Shown here: in pieces, positions 43,275 through 60,412 of the stretch
How positions within the stretch are numbered: position 1 is the first letter of the stretch
Layout of the letters: each line of letters opens with the position of its first letter
Assembly: GCF_009914755.1 (NCBI RefSeq)
Contig: NC_060936.1
Length of the DNA: 64,000 nt
Source of the DNA: the human T2T-CHM13v2.0 reference genome, Homo sapiens
Direction: 5' to 3' (one strand)
The notes under the pieces: model-generated
What the model was told of the DNA's origin: nothing
The model's database searches: none
What the model saw: only the letters and a program-made list of their open reading frames with translations
Position numbers and translations under genes: made by a program

Positions 43275-44970
43275 TTCTTTCTCCAACACTTTTCCTTTAT
43301 GTGGCTCTGAGTTTCTGACCTATATACTTTTTCTTCTCTCTGAAGAACAACTTTTAACATTTCTTGCAAGGCAGGTCTACTGGCAACAAATTCCCTCCAT
43401 TTTTGTTCATCTGTGAATGTCTTTATTCTCATTCACTTTTGAAGAATAACTTTGCAGGGTACAGAATTCTAGACTGGTGTTATTTTTTCTCTCAATGCTT
43501 TTAACATTTCACTCCACTATCTTCTTGCTGTATGGCTTCTGAGGAGAAGTTAGATGTAATTCTTATCTTTACACCTCTGTAGGTAAGGTATTTTTTTCCC
43601 CTGGGTTCTTTCAAGATTTTTAAAAAATATATTTTCTATAGTTTGAATATGATATGCCTAGATGTAGACTTTTGACATTGATCCTGCTTGGTGTTTTCTG
43701 AGCTTCCTGGATCTGTGGTTTGGTGTCTGACATTAATTTGGGAAAATTCTCCATCATTATTGCTTCATATATTTCTTCTGTTCCTTTCTCTCTTTCTCTT
43801 TCTGTTAGTCCCACTAAGCTTACATTACACCTTTTATAGTTGTTCCATAGTTTTTGGATGTTCTGTTTGATTTTTTTTCAGTCTTTTTTCCCTTTGATTT
43901 TCAATATGGTAAGTTTCTATTGACATAGCCTCAAGCACAGAGAGTCTTTCCTCAAGTGTTCCTAGTTTACTAAGGAGCTCATCACAGGCAGTCTTCATTT
44001 CTGTTACACTGGTTTTGATCTCTAGAATTTTTAAATTATTTCTATCTCTCTGCTTACATTACACATTTATTCTTGCATGTTGTCTACTTTCTCTATTAGA
44101 ATCTTTAGAATATTAATCAAAGTTCTTAAAGAAAATTTCTGGCTTGATAATTCCAGCGTTCCTGCCATATTTGACTCTGATTCTGATGCTTGTCCATTTC
44201 TTCAAAGTGTGTTTTTTTTTGCTTTTTAGTATACCTGGTAATCATGCATTGGATAAGAGAAACTGCAGTAAATCGGCCTTTACTAATGTGGTAGTAAGGT
44301 GTGGGAAGAGGGGAAATGTTCTATAGCCCTATGGTTAGGTCTCAGTGTTTTAGCCTTGGACTGTGAACTTGAAAAGTGCTTTTTAGTCTCCTTCACCAAC
44401 CTCCTGGCCCCTGGGTGGGACAGGATGGGTGGAGGGGTCTAGAGTTGGGTATTTCCCTTCCCCAGGTCAGATAGGCTCTGATCAAATCCCAATAAGGTTA
44501 GGCATCATAAAACAGTTTCTCTTGAGGGCAGGTCTCGTGAAGAGCAGAGCGCTCTGTCATATTCCAAAAGGAGTGTTTTCCCCTGCTGAAAGTATAAGGG
44601 TGTTTTAAAGCAATTTTCACTCTGAGAACCTGGTAGAGTTCCAGGAAGTAAAACTTCTAAATTTCGGTACCTTTCTATGACTTGCTCCCTGTGGAGATTT
44701 TAACTCTCAGATGTGTCCATACCGAGCCTCTAGCAATTTATCAATTACAGTTCAGGTTTTTCTGTCCTGGCACTGGTTCCCTCAGAGGTTTCTACTTAAG
44801 GGTTTCTTCTAAGTTGCAATTTTCTGTATTCACCTGTCTGTCTTTCCAGTTTTGGGGGCAGCAGCTTGCACTTCTCTGACAAATCCAAGAAGAGTTGTTG
44901 ATTTCTTGGCTTGTTCACCTTTTTTAACTTGCTGTTAGGATGGTGTAATGACTTCCCAGCTCCAGTCTGA
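43275..44970 (-). mobile_element. Old L1M (MC/MD/ME-type) ORF1 and 5' region
   Basis: ORF 43620-43814 EKGTEEIYEAIMMENFPKLMSDTKPQIQEAQKTPSRIN is a decayed L1 ORF1 RRM segment. Confidence 0.8.
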
Positions 44971-45212
44971 AAGAGGAGCCTGGTGAACTGAAAACCTTGT
45001 CTATTATTTATATTTAAATATATGAAAGCAGGCAGTTTTCAACAAGGCTGAGTAACTTGCTTGAGGTCAAACACAAACATAAGGGATGGAATCTAAAATT
45101 TAAAAAAATTGAACTCCAATTAAAAAATGTATTTTAGCTGTTACAGTTGGTCTTTTGCTCTGAGTGACAATTATATATGGTTATTACTTTGAATAACAAT
45201 TATATATCTGGG

Positions 45213-45390
45213 TGCTTATTGGTACAAAGAGTATTAAGTTTCAGTTAAACAGGAGAAATAAATTTTTGAGATCTATTGCACAGCATAGTAACTGTATTTA
45301 ACAATAATATATTGTATACATATAACATCACTTTGTACTCCATAAATATATACAAATATAATTTGTCAATTTTTAATAAAAAATTAAACA
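45213..45390 (+). mobile_element. L1MA 3' fragment with internal deletion and retained TSD
   Basis: gtttcagttaaacaggagaaataa...gagatctattgcacagcat...; TSD aattat(a/g)tatctggg at 45198-45212 and 45392-45406. Confidence 0.75.
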
Positions 45391-45769
45391 AAATTATGTA
45401 TCTGGGAAAATACATCTGAATCACAGAAAAATTCTTCTATAGATTACATAATCTAAATTAATAATTGATACCACAGAGTTACAGATATTGAGTATTTCAC
45501 ATGTGGAATAAAAGATGAATTCCAATTACAGTGAATAGTACATTGAATATTTCTTTCTTATTTTTGAGCTTAGTTTCTTTCATGGAAATGTATACATATA
45601 TTTCCTATGTAAAACAGAGTTTATAAAGTACTTTTTTATTTTTTAATCTCTTTTCTGTTTTATTGCTATTATACTACTAACATTGCATTCATAAGAGGTC
45701 ATCCTTCAGATAGCAGTGAGGATGAATGATTATTTGGCTGTCCGTCAATAAAGTTGATGATGGTATAAT

Positions 45770-46030
45770 TTTAAAAACGAACAATACTCAATTTATTGAG
45801 TACTTAGTAGAGGTCAGGCACAAAGTTTAAGTGCTTTACAATAAATTATCTCACTTAGTTCTCAAAATAACCTTATATATAAACTATCATCAATTTCTAC
45901 TGTAAAACTAAGAAAATTGAAGTTAAAAATTAACTTTCTCTTATTTCCCAGGGTTAGTAAGATATGGGGCAAGGATTTGAACCTAGCCTCCTTGGCTCCA
46001 GGGCTCACAGTGTTAAAAATAACTCCATGT
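45770..46030. mobile_element. MIR
   Basis: atttattgagtactta...caggcac...aagtgctttaca...ggatttgaacctag. Confidence 0.7.
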
Positions 46031-47140
46031 ATATTTGTCCAATTAACACATTCTCTTTTAAGAAACATTTATTTGTGACCAGCATCAAAAGAGAGGAAAA
46101 ATTAGTCTCAGGTTTACATTATCTACTTTTTTAGAAGAGAAATAAAAATTCACTTAGAACCTAGACTCTTCGTGCTTTATTGCACAGTGGTTTAAGAGCA
46201 TTGTCACATTTAATTGAAGACTCATTCACTGTGTCACTGTATTTTAATGTGAGTTGACATGGAGATAGGAAACATATAATTTTAATGTTAAAAATTAACA
46301 TATAGTAATGAAGGGTAAACAGCACAGACTGAATTTTTAATTTTTCGACTATTTCTAATGAAGAATATATAAAATATTTCAATGGTATTTAATCAGCCTC
46401 CAATTATGAATTTACATAATATTTACTCCACAAGAAACATTATTTTACTTCTTTCATGATCATTTTAAAATGTACAGTTTTCAAATCAACTTTTCAGAAA
46501 GCAACTTTGTTTTCTTTGTGGACAGATGGCAAAAATTATATCCACAAAACTTTTTGTTTTCATATTCTGGAAAAGTAGTATGCAGTCATTGTGGAACAGG
46601 GCTTTTAAAAGTTGCTCATGTCCTGCACTGAACCAATTGAATAACACAGCAAAAGAGCCACCAGTATCTGACCTGGCTTCTACAGACCAAATAAACCCTT
46701 TGTATGTTTGTTTATTTTCATCTGTAACTTTGTTTGCTTATTTTTCATTCTGATACTTTTTAGTAAAATGAGTAAGATCTTCTCAACAGTTTAGACTATA
46801 CTTCCACAGATCTGTTGACATTTGATGAGCACATCTGCTAAAGTGAATTTAAAAGGGATAGTTTACTTCATCTCTTTCTTTACCTGTTCCACTAATCACT
46901 TGTACCAAATTTATTTATTTATTTATTTATTTTTTATTATACTCTAAGTTTTAGGGTACATGTGCACATTGTGCAGGTTAGTTACATATGTATACATGTG
47001 CCATGCTGGTGCGCTGCACCCACTAATGTGTCATCTAGCATTAGGTATATCTCCCAATGCTATCCCTCCCCCCTCCCCCGACCCCACCACAGTCCCCAGA
47101 GTGTGATATTCCCCTTCCTGTGTCCATGTGATCTCATTGT

Positions 47141-50990
<3,850 letters not shown>

Positions 50991-51029
50991 TCATTAGTTG
51001 ATGCAGTTTCTTCCTAGTCTCGATGGTCT

Positions 51030-52046
51030 TTACATTTTGGCATGATTTTGCAGCGGCTGGTACCAGTTGTTCCTTTCCATGTTTAGCGCTTCCTTCAGGA
51101 GCTCTTTTAGGGCAGGCCTGGTGGTGACAAAATCTCTCAGCATTTGCTTGTCTATAAAGTATTTTATTTCTCCTTCACTTATGAAGCTTAGTTTGGCTGG
51201 ATATGAAATTCTGGGTTGAAAATTCTTTTCTTTAAGAATGTTGAATATTGGCCCCCACTCTCTTCTGGCTTGTAGGGTTTCTGCCGAGAGATCCGCTGTT
51301 AGTCTGATGGGCTTTCCTTTGAGGGTAACCCGACCTTTCTCTCTGGCTGCCCTTAACATTTTTTCCTTCATTTCAACTTTGGTGAATCTGACAATTATGT
51401 GTCTTGGAGTTGCTCTTCTCGAGGAGTATCTTTGTGGCGTTCTCTGTATTTCCTGAATCTGAACGTTGGCCTGCCTTGCTAGATTGGGGAAGTTCTCCTG
51501 GATAATATCCTGCAGAGTGTTTTCCAACTTGGTTCCATTCTCCCCATCACTTTCAGGTACACCAATCAGACGTAGATTTGGTCTTTTCACATAGTCCCAT
51601 ATTTCTTGGAGGCTTTGCTCATTTCTTTTTATTCTTTTTTCTCTAAACTTCCCTTCTCGCTTCATTTCATTCATTTCATCTTCCATTGCTGATACCCTTT
51701 CTTCCAGTTGATCGCATCGGCTCCTGAGGCTTCTGCATTCTTCACATAGTTCTCGAGCCTTGGTTTTCAGCTCCATCAGCTCCTTTAAGCACTTCTCTGT
51801 ATTGGTTATTCTAGTTATACATTCTTCTAAATTTTTTTCAAAGTTTTCAACTTCTTTGCCTTTGGTTTGAATGTCCTCCCGTAGCTCAGAGTAATTTGAT
51901 CGTCTGAAGCCTTCTTCTCTCAGCTCGTCAAAATCATTCTCCATCCAGCTTTGTTCTGTTGCTGGTGAGGAACTGCGTTCCTTTGGAGGAGGAGAGGTGC
52001 TCTGCGTTTTAGAGTTTCCAGTTTTTCTGTTCTGTTTTTTCCCCAT
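51030..52046 (-). CDS. L1ORF1: L1 ORF1p (RNA-binding chaperone), intact 338 aa
   Basis: MGKKQNRKTG...QNHAKM, full length with REKG, ARR and YPAKLS motifs. Apparent substitutions versus the recalled consensus: A17T, R101C, R328W. Confidence 0.96.
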   Translation of the reverse strand: MGKKQNRKTGNSKTQSTSPPPKERSSSPATEQSWMENDFDELREEGFRRSNYSELREDIQTKGKEVENFEKNLEECITRITNTEKCLKELMELKTKARELCEECRSLRSRCDQLEERVSAMEDEMNEMKREGKFREKRIKRNEQSLQEIWDYVKRPNLRLIGVPESDGENGTKLENTLQDIIQENFPNLARQANVQIQEIQRTPQRYSSRRATPRHIIVRFTKVEMKEKMLRAAREKGRVTLKGKPIRLTADLSAETLQARREWGPIFNILKEKNFQPRISYPAKLSFISEGEIKYFIDKQMLRDFVTTRPALKELLKEALNMERNNWYQPLQNHAKM

Positions 52047-52952
52047 CTTTGTGGTTTTATCTACTTTTGGTCTTTGATGATGGTGATGTACAGATGGGTT
52101 TTCGGTGTAGATGTCCTTTCTGGTTGTTAGTTTTCCTTCTAACAGACAGGACCCTCAGCTGCAGGTCTGTTGGAATACCCTGCCGTGTGAGGTGTCAGTG
52201 TGCCCCTGCTGGGGGGTGCCTCCCAGTTAGGCTGCTCGGGGGTCAGGGGTCAGGGACCCACTTGAGGAGGCAGTCTGCCCGTTCTCAGGTCTCCAGCTGC
52301 GTGCTGGGAGAACCACTGCTCTCTTCAAAGCTGTCAGACAGGGACACTTAAGTCTGCAGAGGTTACTGCTGTCTTTTTGTTTGTCTGTGCCCTGCCCCCA
52401 GAGGTGGAGCCTACAGAGGCAGGCAGGCCTCCTTGAGCTGTGGTGGGCTCCACCCAGTTCGAGCTTCCCAGCTGCTTTGTTTACCTAAGCAAGCCTGGGC
52501 AATGGCGGGCGCCCCTCCCCCAGCCTCGTTGCCGCCTTGCAGTTTGATCTCAGACTGCTGTGCTAGCAATCAGCGAGATTCCGTGGGCGTAGGACCCTCT
52601 GAGCCAGGTGTGGGATATAGTCTCGTGGTGCGCCGTTTCTTAAGCCGGTCTGAAAAGCGCAATATTCGGGTGGGAGTGACCCGATTTTCCAGGTGTGTCC
52701 GTCACCCCTTTCTTTGACTCGGAAAGGGAACTCCCTGACCCCTTGCGCTTCCCAGGTGAGGCAATGCCTCGCCCTGCTTCGGCTCGCGCACGGTGCGCAC
52801 ACACACTGGCCTGCGCCCACTGTCTGGCACTCCCTAGTGAGATGAACCCGGTACCTCAGATGGAAATGCAGTAATCACCCGTCTTCTGCGTCGCTCACGC
52901 TGGGAGCTGTAGACCGGAGCTGTTCCTATTCGGCCATCTTGGCTCCTCCTCC
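52047..52952 (-). promoter_or_regulatory. L1 5'UTR: CpG-rich internal sense promoter with YY1 site, plus antisense promoter firing on +
   Basis: The only CpG-dense stretch in the window (about 52490-52935). YY1 site CAAGATGGCC intact at 52932-52941. The antisense promoter is established L1HS biology; activity is not observable here. Confidence 0.88.
52502..52717 (+). CDS. ORF0: L1 ORF0 (antisense 71-aa ORF in the 5'UTR), intact
   Basis: ATG at 52502 in context gcaATGg gives MAGAPPPASLPPCSLISDCCASNQRDSVGVGPSEPG...RCVRHPFL*, the primate L1 ORF0 sequence. Confidence 0.9.
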   Translation: MAGAPPPASLPPCSLISDCCASNQRDSVGVGPSEPGVGYSLVVRRFLSRSEKRNIRVGVTRFSRCVRHPFL

Positions 52953-53775
52953 GTACCAAATTTAAATAAGTTTAAATTTTTATTTTAAAGAAAAATGACA
53001 ACTTTTTACTCCTTTATATCCATCTTGTGCCTGTTCATAATGGCAACCAAAAATGAGTGAATGGCTATGGAAATAAAACGATTTTATAACTAGATATACA
53101 GTAAAATTAAGGTGCTCACCTCTGCATTTAGGACTGTATTTTAGCTTAGTATTGGACAAATGGTAAAACTCAGGAGTACTGAACCCAGATCTCAAGAGAA
53201 CCTTTTTCTGTATAGCTCTGGGATGGCTGAGGAAATGCCTAAATCAAGCCTTCCATCTGCTTGGCCAAAGAAAGATTTCCACATCCATTTCTAGTTTGTT
53301 CAGTAGCCTCTGAAAAAGTAATTTATTCTCTCTGTGCTTTGTTTTCTCCATCTAGTCAGTGAGGCCAATCATACTTACCACCAACCTCCATCAAGACAAA
53401 CTTCTGAGAGAAAAGAATCTCTCTGAGCATCAGGGATGCTCAAAAGTCACCACATAAGTATTAGTAGAAGTATAAGGGGTGAGGGTGGGAGAACACATTA
53501 TTCTTCTGTGCGTTTAGCTAATAGAACAAACATTACTGTTTCCTATAAAAATGCTACTACTTCCACATTTCCTGTATGTGGACTCTATTCTAGACATTCT
53601 AGTTTGGTGTTTTTAAAGAAAATCAGATACAGGCTATGAATAAAATATCTCTTTAATCTTAAATCCAATTTACTGTAGAATATCTTTAAAAACTTAATTA
53701 TGAATGAATTTTCAGAAAAAGACCGTAAATCATATATAATTTTTTATCTTTAAGAGCTGTATACATGAACTATTT

Positions 53776-54201
53776 CAGGATTGGCAAATATGTAGCATAT
53801 GCGTCATCTGTTCCTCCTTCTGCATACATGGCAGACATTGCCAATCCTTTAAAATCCTCTACTCTATTGAATAAAGACAGAGCTGCAGAATTCTCTGCAC
53901 TGTGTTTCAGGAAGCTATGACCAACCCATCAGAGTTGAGGATGAGTTAAAACCCTCATAGGTGGGAATTGAACAATGAGAACACTTGGACACAGGAAGGG
54001 GAACATCACACACTGGGGCCTGTTGTCGGGTGGGGAGAAGGGGGAGGGATAGCATTAGGAGATATACCTGATGTAAATGTCGACTTAATGGGTGCAGCAC
54101 ACAAACATGGCACATGTATACATATGTACCAAACCTGCACGTTATACACATGTACCCTAGAACTTAAAGTACAATTTAAAAAACCCGCTATGCCATTCCT
54201 G
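53776..54201. mobile_element. MER103C (hAT-Charlie) split by a short L1PA insertion
   Basis: TIR-like caggattggcaaata and tatgccattcctg; internal catggcagacattgc. Confidence 0.65.
53955..54180 (+). mobile_element. L1PA (about PA5) 3' fragment
   Basis: ORF2 end and 3'UTR; TSD aaaaccc at 53948-53954 and 54180-54186, at a canonical TT/AAAA site. Confidence 0.9.
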
Positions 54202-54779
54202 ATCAACTCTGACTTTCTTATTTACAGATAAAGAATCTAAGACTCAAATAGTATGGGATTTTTTTTTTTTACTGAAGTCATATAACTTGTTATTTTTGCT
54301 GTTATTTGAATGAAAAGCCAGATGTGCATGTTCCCACCGTAGTTTTATTCTGTGACATCAGGCTGTTTCTACAATTTTCAAGCCTGTCTGCATTCATTAT
54401 AGTCATTATAATTTTCATATTCTTTCTGATTGATCAACTCATTCATTTACTCTTTGATTAAGTAGCATTTATGGAACAGCTACTATGTGTACTATGCCTG
54501 GGCTGGTGTCTCTGCACTCAAGAAACTTAGAGTTAAATAGAGAAATCAGGTCTTTACAAAGCTAGCCCTCATACATGATAAAGTGCCTTCTGGATCAGTT
54601 TCATCTACTAGAAACACGATCGTGTCTTTCTCATTGCTTAAGCCTATGTTGCCTAGTTATTGGTGTATCTTTCTGTCCCTTTCCAGCCAAGCTTCACATT
54701 AAAATAAATGGCTACAGTTATGGTCTTTATCTCCTTTCTTTATATGACCCAACTGACTGCACGTTAGTATTTTTCTCTT

Positions 54780-56100
54780 CTCAATCACTGAAAATATTCT
54801 TGCTGAAGTCAATAATCATCTACATGTTAAATTTAACAGATATATTTCAATTCTTAATTTTCTCTCTTTAAGCATTTCATGCTGTCAATCATTTCATTTC
54901 TTGAATTTCTTATTATATTCTGTTTTCTTGTATTCTTTGTTATATCGCTTTACAATACTCTTCGAATGTGTTCTCATTTCTCTGAAGCTGCCTTCTCTTT
55001 AAACAGTGTGGGTTCTTTTTCTTCTTCCAATTCCTTTGAGGTTGGTTTCCCTGGGATTATGACCTCAATTTCCTTTTCCTCTTTCTGTGGAATTTCACCT
55101 ACTATTAAAACTACAAACTGCAAACTGCACTTCTAGCCTGAATATTTTTGTATCTTTCTCTCAATCTCAGATTATGGCCTCAATTTCCTTTTCTTCTCTC
55201 TGTGGAATTTCACCTACTTTTAAAACTACAAACTGCAAACTGCACTTCTAGCCTGAATATTCTTGTATCTTTCTCTTGATCCCGGTGCAGACTAGTATTT
55301 CAACTACTTACTGGGCATGTCCTTGTGTTCCACAGGCATGTAAAACTCAACTTTTCCAAAATTGAATGTATCTCCTCTCTTCAAACCTTCCTCACTTCCT
55401 GTATTTGCTAATTTGGTGCATGGCAGCACCACTGGGTCACCAGTTGCTGAAGCAGAGATACTGAATTTCTTTTAACCCCATCTTTTTTCTTACCATCCTC
55501 ATCCTACAAATTCTATTGGTTCTCATCCCTTAAAAGACTTTAACTGTGTCCCCACCTCCTCATGACTGCTGCTAGTTCCTTAGTTAGGCTCTTGTCTTTC
55601 CTTGACTCTCTGCAGTAGCCTCCTAACTGATCTAATTTTATCTCATCGTAACCTTATGAATCTCCATGTTGTTGTCAGCTGAATGTTAATAAAACACAAA
55701 CTGTATCATCTGGCATCCAAGCTTAGAATCATTGAAAACTCCCTTTAGATTCTGGAGTAAACTCTCTCCCTTGTACTTGGCTCTTGAGGATCAGTTCCCG
55801 CCTACATTTCCACTTTTTGTTGCTCATCACTCTAACTCCCTAGTTTTCCATCAACTAATCCCTTAGTTTTGACTTCAGTTTCAGCATATTTTAAGTGCCT
55901 TGAGTTCATCATCATCTCTCTTGCCTCCTTACTTTTGCATATATTGTTTCTTCTACCTGAAATGTTTCCACCTCTCTTTTCTTAGCTATACTGACTCATC
56001 TTTTAAATGTCAATTCTGATGCCGTTTGCACATGGAAGCTTTATCTAATCCATAGCATACTGTTTTTTTTTCTTTAATTGTAGCATTTTCTTCAAGGTGT
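54780..56100 (+). mobile_element. L2 region (decayed)
   Basis: Pyrimidine-rich L2 hallmarks (ctcaacttttccaaaattgaa, ctgcagtagcctcctaactg, ttttgcatatattgtttcttctacctg). Confidence 0.6.
55055..55284. repeat. 115-bp tandem duplication (2 copies)
   Basis: gattatg(a/g)cctcaatttcc...tgtatctttctct at 55055-55169 and 55170-55284, with about 9 mismatches. Confidence 0.92.
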
Positions 56101-58409
56101 TGCAGTTGTCCTCTTTGATCTTTAGCTATTGCAATGCCTTTCACTATTTGCAGGATGTGTTGATCGAATCAGTTGCATCATGATTGGTCTTGTCCCCAGA
56201 GTCTTCCCATTCTGTCCTGGGGCTCTGGACATGCCCTTGGCACAGTTCCTCTGCTTGGGTTTGTCACTGCATTGGCTCATGGTGAGCAATATGCAATAGC
56301 TTGATCCTGAAGTCATCAGGGGTTTTGAGAATGAAACTAGGCCATATCTTGTTTTTGACCAGTGAAGGGGAAAGAAAGAAAGTAATTCTAGAACAACCTA
56401 CCACTTACTTTAGAGCTTCACTTTTATATCATCTATATTTGACCTGGAAACCATCTGTGTTTTTGTCTTTGTGGTCAGCCATTATTGTTTGTTTTGCCAT
56501 GATATATGTCGGAATGATATTATTTGACTCTCCTTTAAGTACCTCCTGCTTCTTTGAGTAAGGAGATCCTACCAGTAAAACTCCTTTCTGTATCTTTGTG
56601 TTACCAATTTATTGAGATATATGGACTATCAATTGTTTTGTTTGTAAATAATTTTATTTTTGTAAATTGTGATCTAGCTACCTAATTATCTATTAATATC
56701 ATCTATCTAAATCTTCTGCCTCATTTTATCCTGATACACACCTTGACTTCTTTATTAAAAAAAAAACACGTACAGAGAATATATTGGAAGGAAATTGGGG
56801 CAGTTGTTCTGAGTGATGGAATATCAGGTGACATTTTCCTTCCAATCTTTAATGCTTTTTATAGATTAATGAAATTTTTAAACTTTCATGGTTAAAAAGC
56901 TTTTTAAATGAAGAAAGACAAATAAATAAAAGGACAATATTTTCATGGGAAATAATTTTATGTTGAGATCAACCCCTTTCTCATTGAGTAATGATCCAGA
57001 TTTGATTTGAAGAGAATGACATGTATTTAACCAAAAGAATTCTATTAGGTACCTACGTTAACTGTGGTTTAGAAGAGGTAGAAATCCATTTCAGCTTTAG
57101 AAAGCAGGGGAAGGATGGAAAGAAGAGGAAGTGATATTGGAGCTTTATTTTAAAAGAGAAGCAAGGGTCAACTGCTGAAAATGATAAAGGAAGGTATTCC
57201 AAACATAGGGAACAGCAATTGTATAATAACCTCAGAGATATAGCAAAGCAAGGGCAGCTCAGAATGGCTGGATATTACTATGTTTATTAGATGACGAGAA
57301 GTAGAGAGATTGTATGTCATGTTATTGGCTTATCCCTAAAACTTTAGTAGAAATTGGTGAAAGTAAGGATTTTTGTGTGTGTGTTTTTGATGAGCTCTTC
57401 AAGTATTACATGATATCTTATTTTATTAAAATCAATACACATTGCAATTTTTCTTTAGCCTCTACTTTTCAGGCAGGGTATTTTTTCACTTCTTTAAACT
57501 TAATGCAGTTTATTTTTTATAACACCATTTAATTAATGAAATCCTGTTACCCTTTGTCACGAGTAGGTTTATTTGCATCTCTGGTTTAAAACACATTTCT
57601 TGCATTTTACTTTCCAGTTCTCAGGTGTCATTTGGGAATATGATGCAGCCATTAGCTAACAGACTTTCCCCCAATTCCTAAATAACCTAAAGTAATATGA
57701 AACTGTATTTTAGCTCATCTGTACTCATAATTCAAGTTTTACTGTTAATTTTTTTTCAGAAGGCTGACTCCAGAGTGAACAAAAGTAGCTTGTGTGGAAT
57801 TATTTTTACTTATGCTCCACTTTGAATGCAATGTGTGCCAAGCACATCACCTTATGATGACAGCTTGTTGCAGCCAGAAGGTCTCTAATTTAAATAAATT
57901 CTGGTTGTGTTAATCACCAAAGATATAATTATGTCATCATATGCTGTGTGCTTTTTAAATAAATGATTCTGAAACAGACTGTTCTTTGATAGTTTCATCA
58001 TTTTTTCATGAGCTTGCAGAGGATGTTTATGTAGTGAAAAGCTGACCACCTCAGCACAATCTAGATACCTCTTGATGGCAGGAAGCTCATGGTTCTGGTT
58101 CTTCTGAATGAGATTATTAATCTAGTGAACACTCAACTGAATGAATAAATGATGCCATTTGTTGAAAGTCAGGAGAGTGTAAACGTTTTGTTTTCATGAG
58201 CCCCAGCTTTGATCATTCCTATCTATCCAAAGGTACTTGCTTGTGTCATTTAAGTGCTTAGGATTCTTACAGTGCTCATGATTCTTATTGCAGTTGTCCT
58301 TTGTAGTGACTTCTGAGACCCTTTGTGGCTTAGTGTGGTGACTCACACCCCAGATCGTCTTCCTGACTACCTGACTACCTGGGGCTGTGTGTAGGAGCTT
58401 TAGCCATGT

Positions 58410-58590
58410 CAGTGACTCCCCAGTCTGACCGTGTGTTAGCATCACCAGGAGGTTAAGAAAAATACTGATGCATTTGCTTTTCATCAGCTTAATTAAGTCA
58501 GAACCTCTTAGGAAGTGGGCTAGGCAATAGTACCTCTTTAAAGTGCCCTAAGGTGAATCTAATGTGTAACCAGGGTTGAGAATGAGTAGA
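58410..58590. mobile_element. MER5A-like MITE
   Basis: gcatcaccaggagg...aaaatactgatgc...tcagaacctct...aggtgaatctaatgtg...ccagggttgagaa. Confidence 0.65.
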
Positions 58591-59624
58591 ACATGGATCA
58601 GGACTGAGAGGTCTGTGGGACATGCTCACCATGGGCAGTGGTGAAGGATGCTCAGGAGTCTAGGAAGTAGTATCTTGGAGAAGTGGCAAAGAAAAATCCA
58701 GATAGGCTTTTAAAAGAAGTCACTTAAAATCAGTAGAATGGGAACTTTAGGCCTTGAAGAGAGAGAGAACTCAAAGGAGAGGTTAGAGATGGGGCCTGGA
58801 GGTAGCACCTGGGCAATTGTCTGGTGCCCATGAAGGTGTGTGCCCAGAGAAGGTAAAATCATATTGTGAAGAGGAAATGACAGAAGAAAGGGGATGATTT
58901 AGCTAAGTTGACAAAAAAAATACTTCAAATTAGTAGGAATTATCATTTTCCCGATGGCTGTCTTCTATTCTTAATTTTGGGTGCTGCTGATTTGCATGTG
59001 TATTGTTAGGCCAACTAAGGCCACTGAAAATTATCAAAGCAATGTTAATTAAAAAGGTGCTGTCTACCTATTTTTTCCTGCATTATATACTCATAGCTTG
59101 ACTATAATAATAGTATAAGGTTCACCAGGTACAGACTTGGGTATTTATCTAGAGGCCTCCTGTAGGCTTATTCTTCTGCCCATTTTAAGCTCTTCTAGCA
59201 TGCCCTTGCTCACAGCTCCAGGAGCTGGGTAAAAAGCTAGCCATGTATGTAACCAGAGGGCCTGCTTTTCAGTTCAGGAGTTGCTACTAGCTTCCCCTGT
59301 GCCTGCCTGTAGACATTGTCTGATTTTATACCCTGATGTCCACATTTCTAGTAAATTTCCTCCCTAGATTTGGTGATTTGACTTTTTCTGTTGGCTGAGC
59401 AGCTCTAGCTTGGCCTCATTTATCTGCTGACCCTTAGATGCAGGATCACAGTTCAGACTCTGATTGCTTAGGACCTCGTCCTGGTTTCTGGGTGTTGGAA
59501 TACAGACATTTAATAGCAACCATAGTTAAGAGGTCCTACTGTGTGTTCCCCATCCCCTTCATCTGTGGAGGCCACCTGTTCACAAGTAATGAGTCATTTC
59601 AATTAAAGATTTTATGAAGATGTC

Positions 59625-59983
59625 TTTATTAGTCCATTTTCATGCTGCTGATAAAGACATACCCAAGACTGGGCAATTTACAAAAGAAAGAGGTTTATTG
59701 GACTTACAGTTCCATGTGGCTGGAGAGGCCCCACAATCATGGTGGAAGGTGAGAGGCACGTGTTACATGGTGGCAGGCAAGAGAAGAGAGCTTGTGCAGG
59801 GAAACTCCTGTTTTTAAAACCATCAGATCTTGTGAGACTTATTCACTATCATGATAACATCATGGGAAAGACCTGCCTCCATGATTCCATTTTCTCCCAC
59901 TGGGTCCCTCCCACAACACATGGGAATTATGGGAGTACAAGATGAGATTTTTGGGGGAGGAGTCACAGAGCCAAACCGTATCA
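59625..59983 (-). mobile_element. THE1 (B-like) solo LTR
   Basis: tattagtcc...gccaaaccgtatca; TSD atgtc at 59620-59624 and 59984-59988. Confidence 0.9.
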
Positions 59984-60035
59984 ATGTCTAAAAGTATCTT
60001 TTGGAGTATGAGTAAACCTAAAATCTGTAATAAAT

Positions 60036-60412
60036 ATGGTTAACCATTGAACAACATGGGTTTGAACTGTATCAATCCTCTTATGCAAACTTTATCCCAC
60101 CTGTGCCACCCCTGATACTGCAATGCCAACCCCTCCTCTTATTCCTCCTCCTCAGCCAAGTCAGCGTAAAGATGACGGGGATGAAGACCTTTAGAATTAT
60201 CCATTTCCACTTAATGAATAGTAAATATATTTTCCTTATGATTTTCTTAATAACATTTTCTTTTCTCTAGCTTAACATATTGTACAAATGTAGTATGTAA
60301 TACATATAACAGGTTAATTACATATTAATTATTTATGTTATCGGTTTGGCTTCCAGGCAACAGTAGCCTATTAGTAGGTAAGTTTTAGGGGAGTCAAAAT
60401 TATATACAGATT
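60036..60412. mobile_element. Tigger2a/MER28-like element, interrupted by L1
   Basis: gttaaccattgaacaacatgggtttgaactg...cctcctcctcagcc...gatgaagaccttta...ggggagtcaaaattata. Confidence 0.75.
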
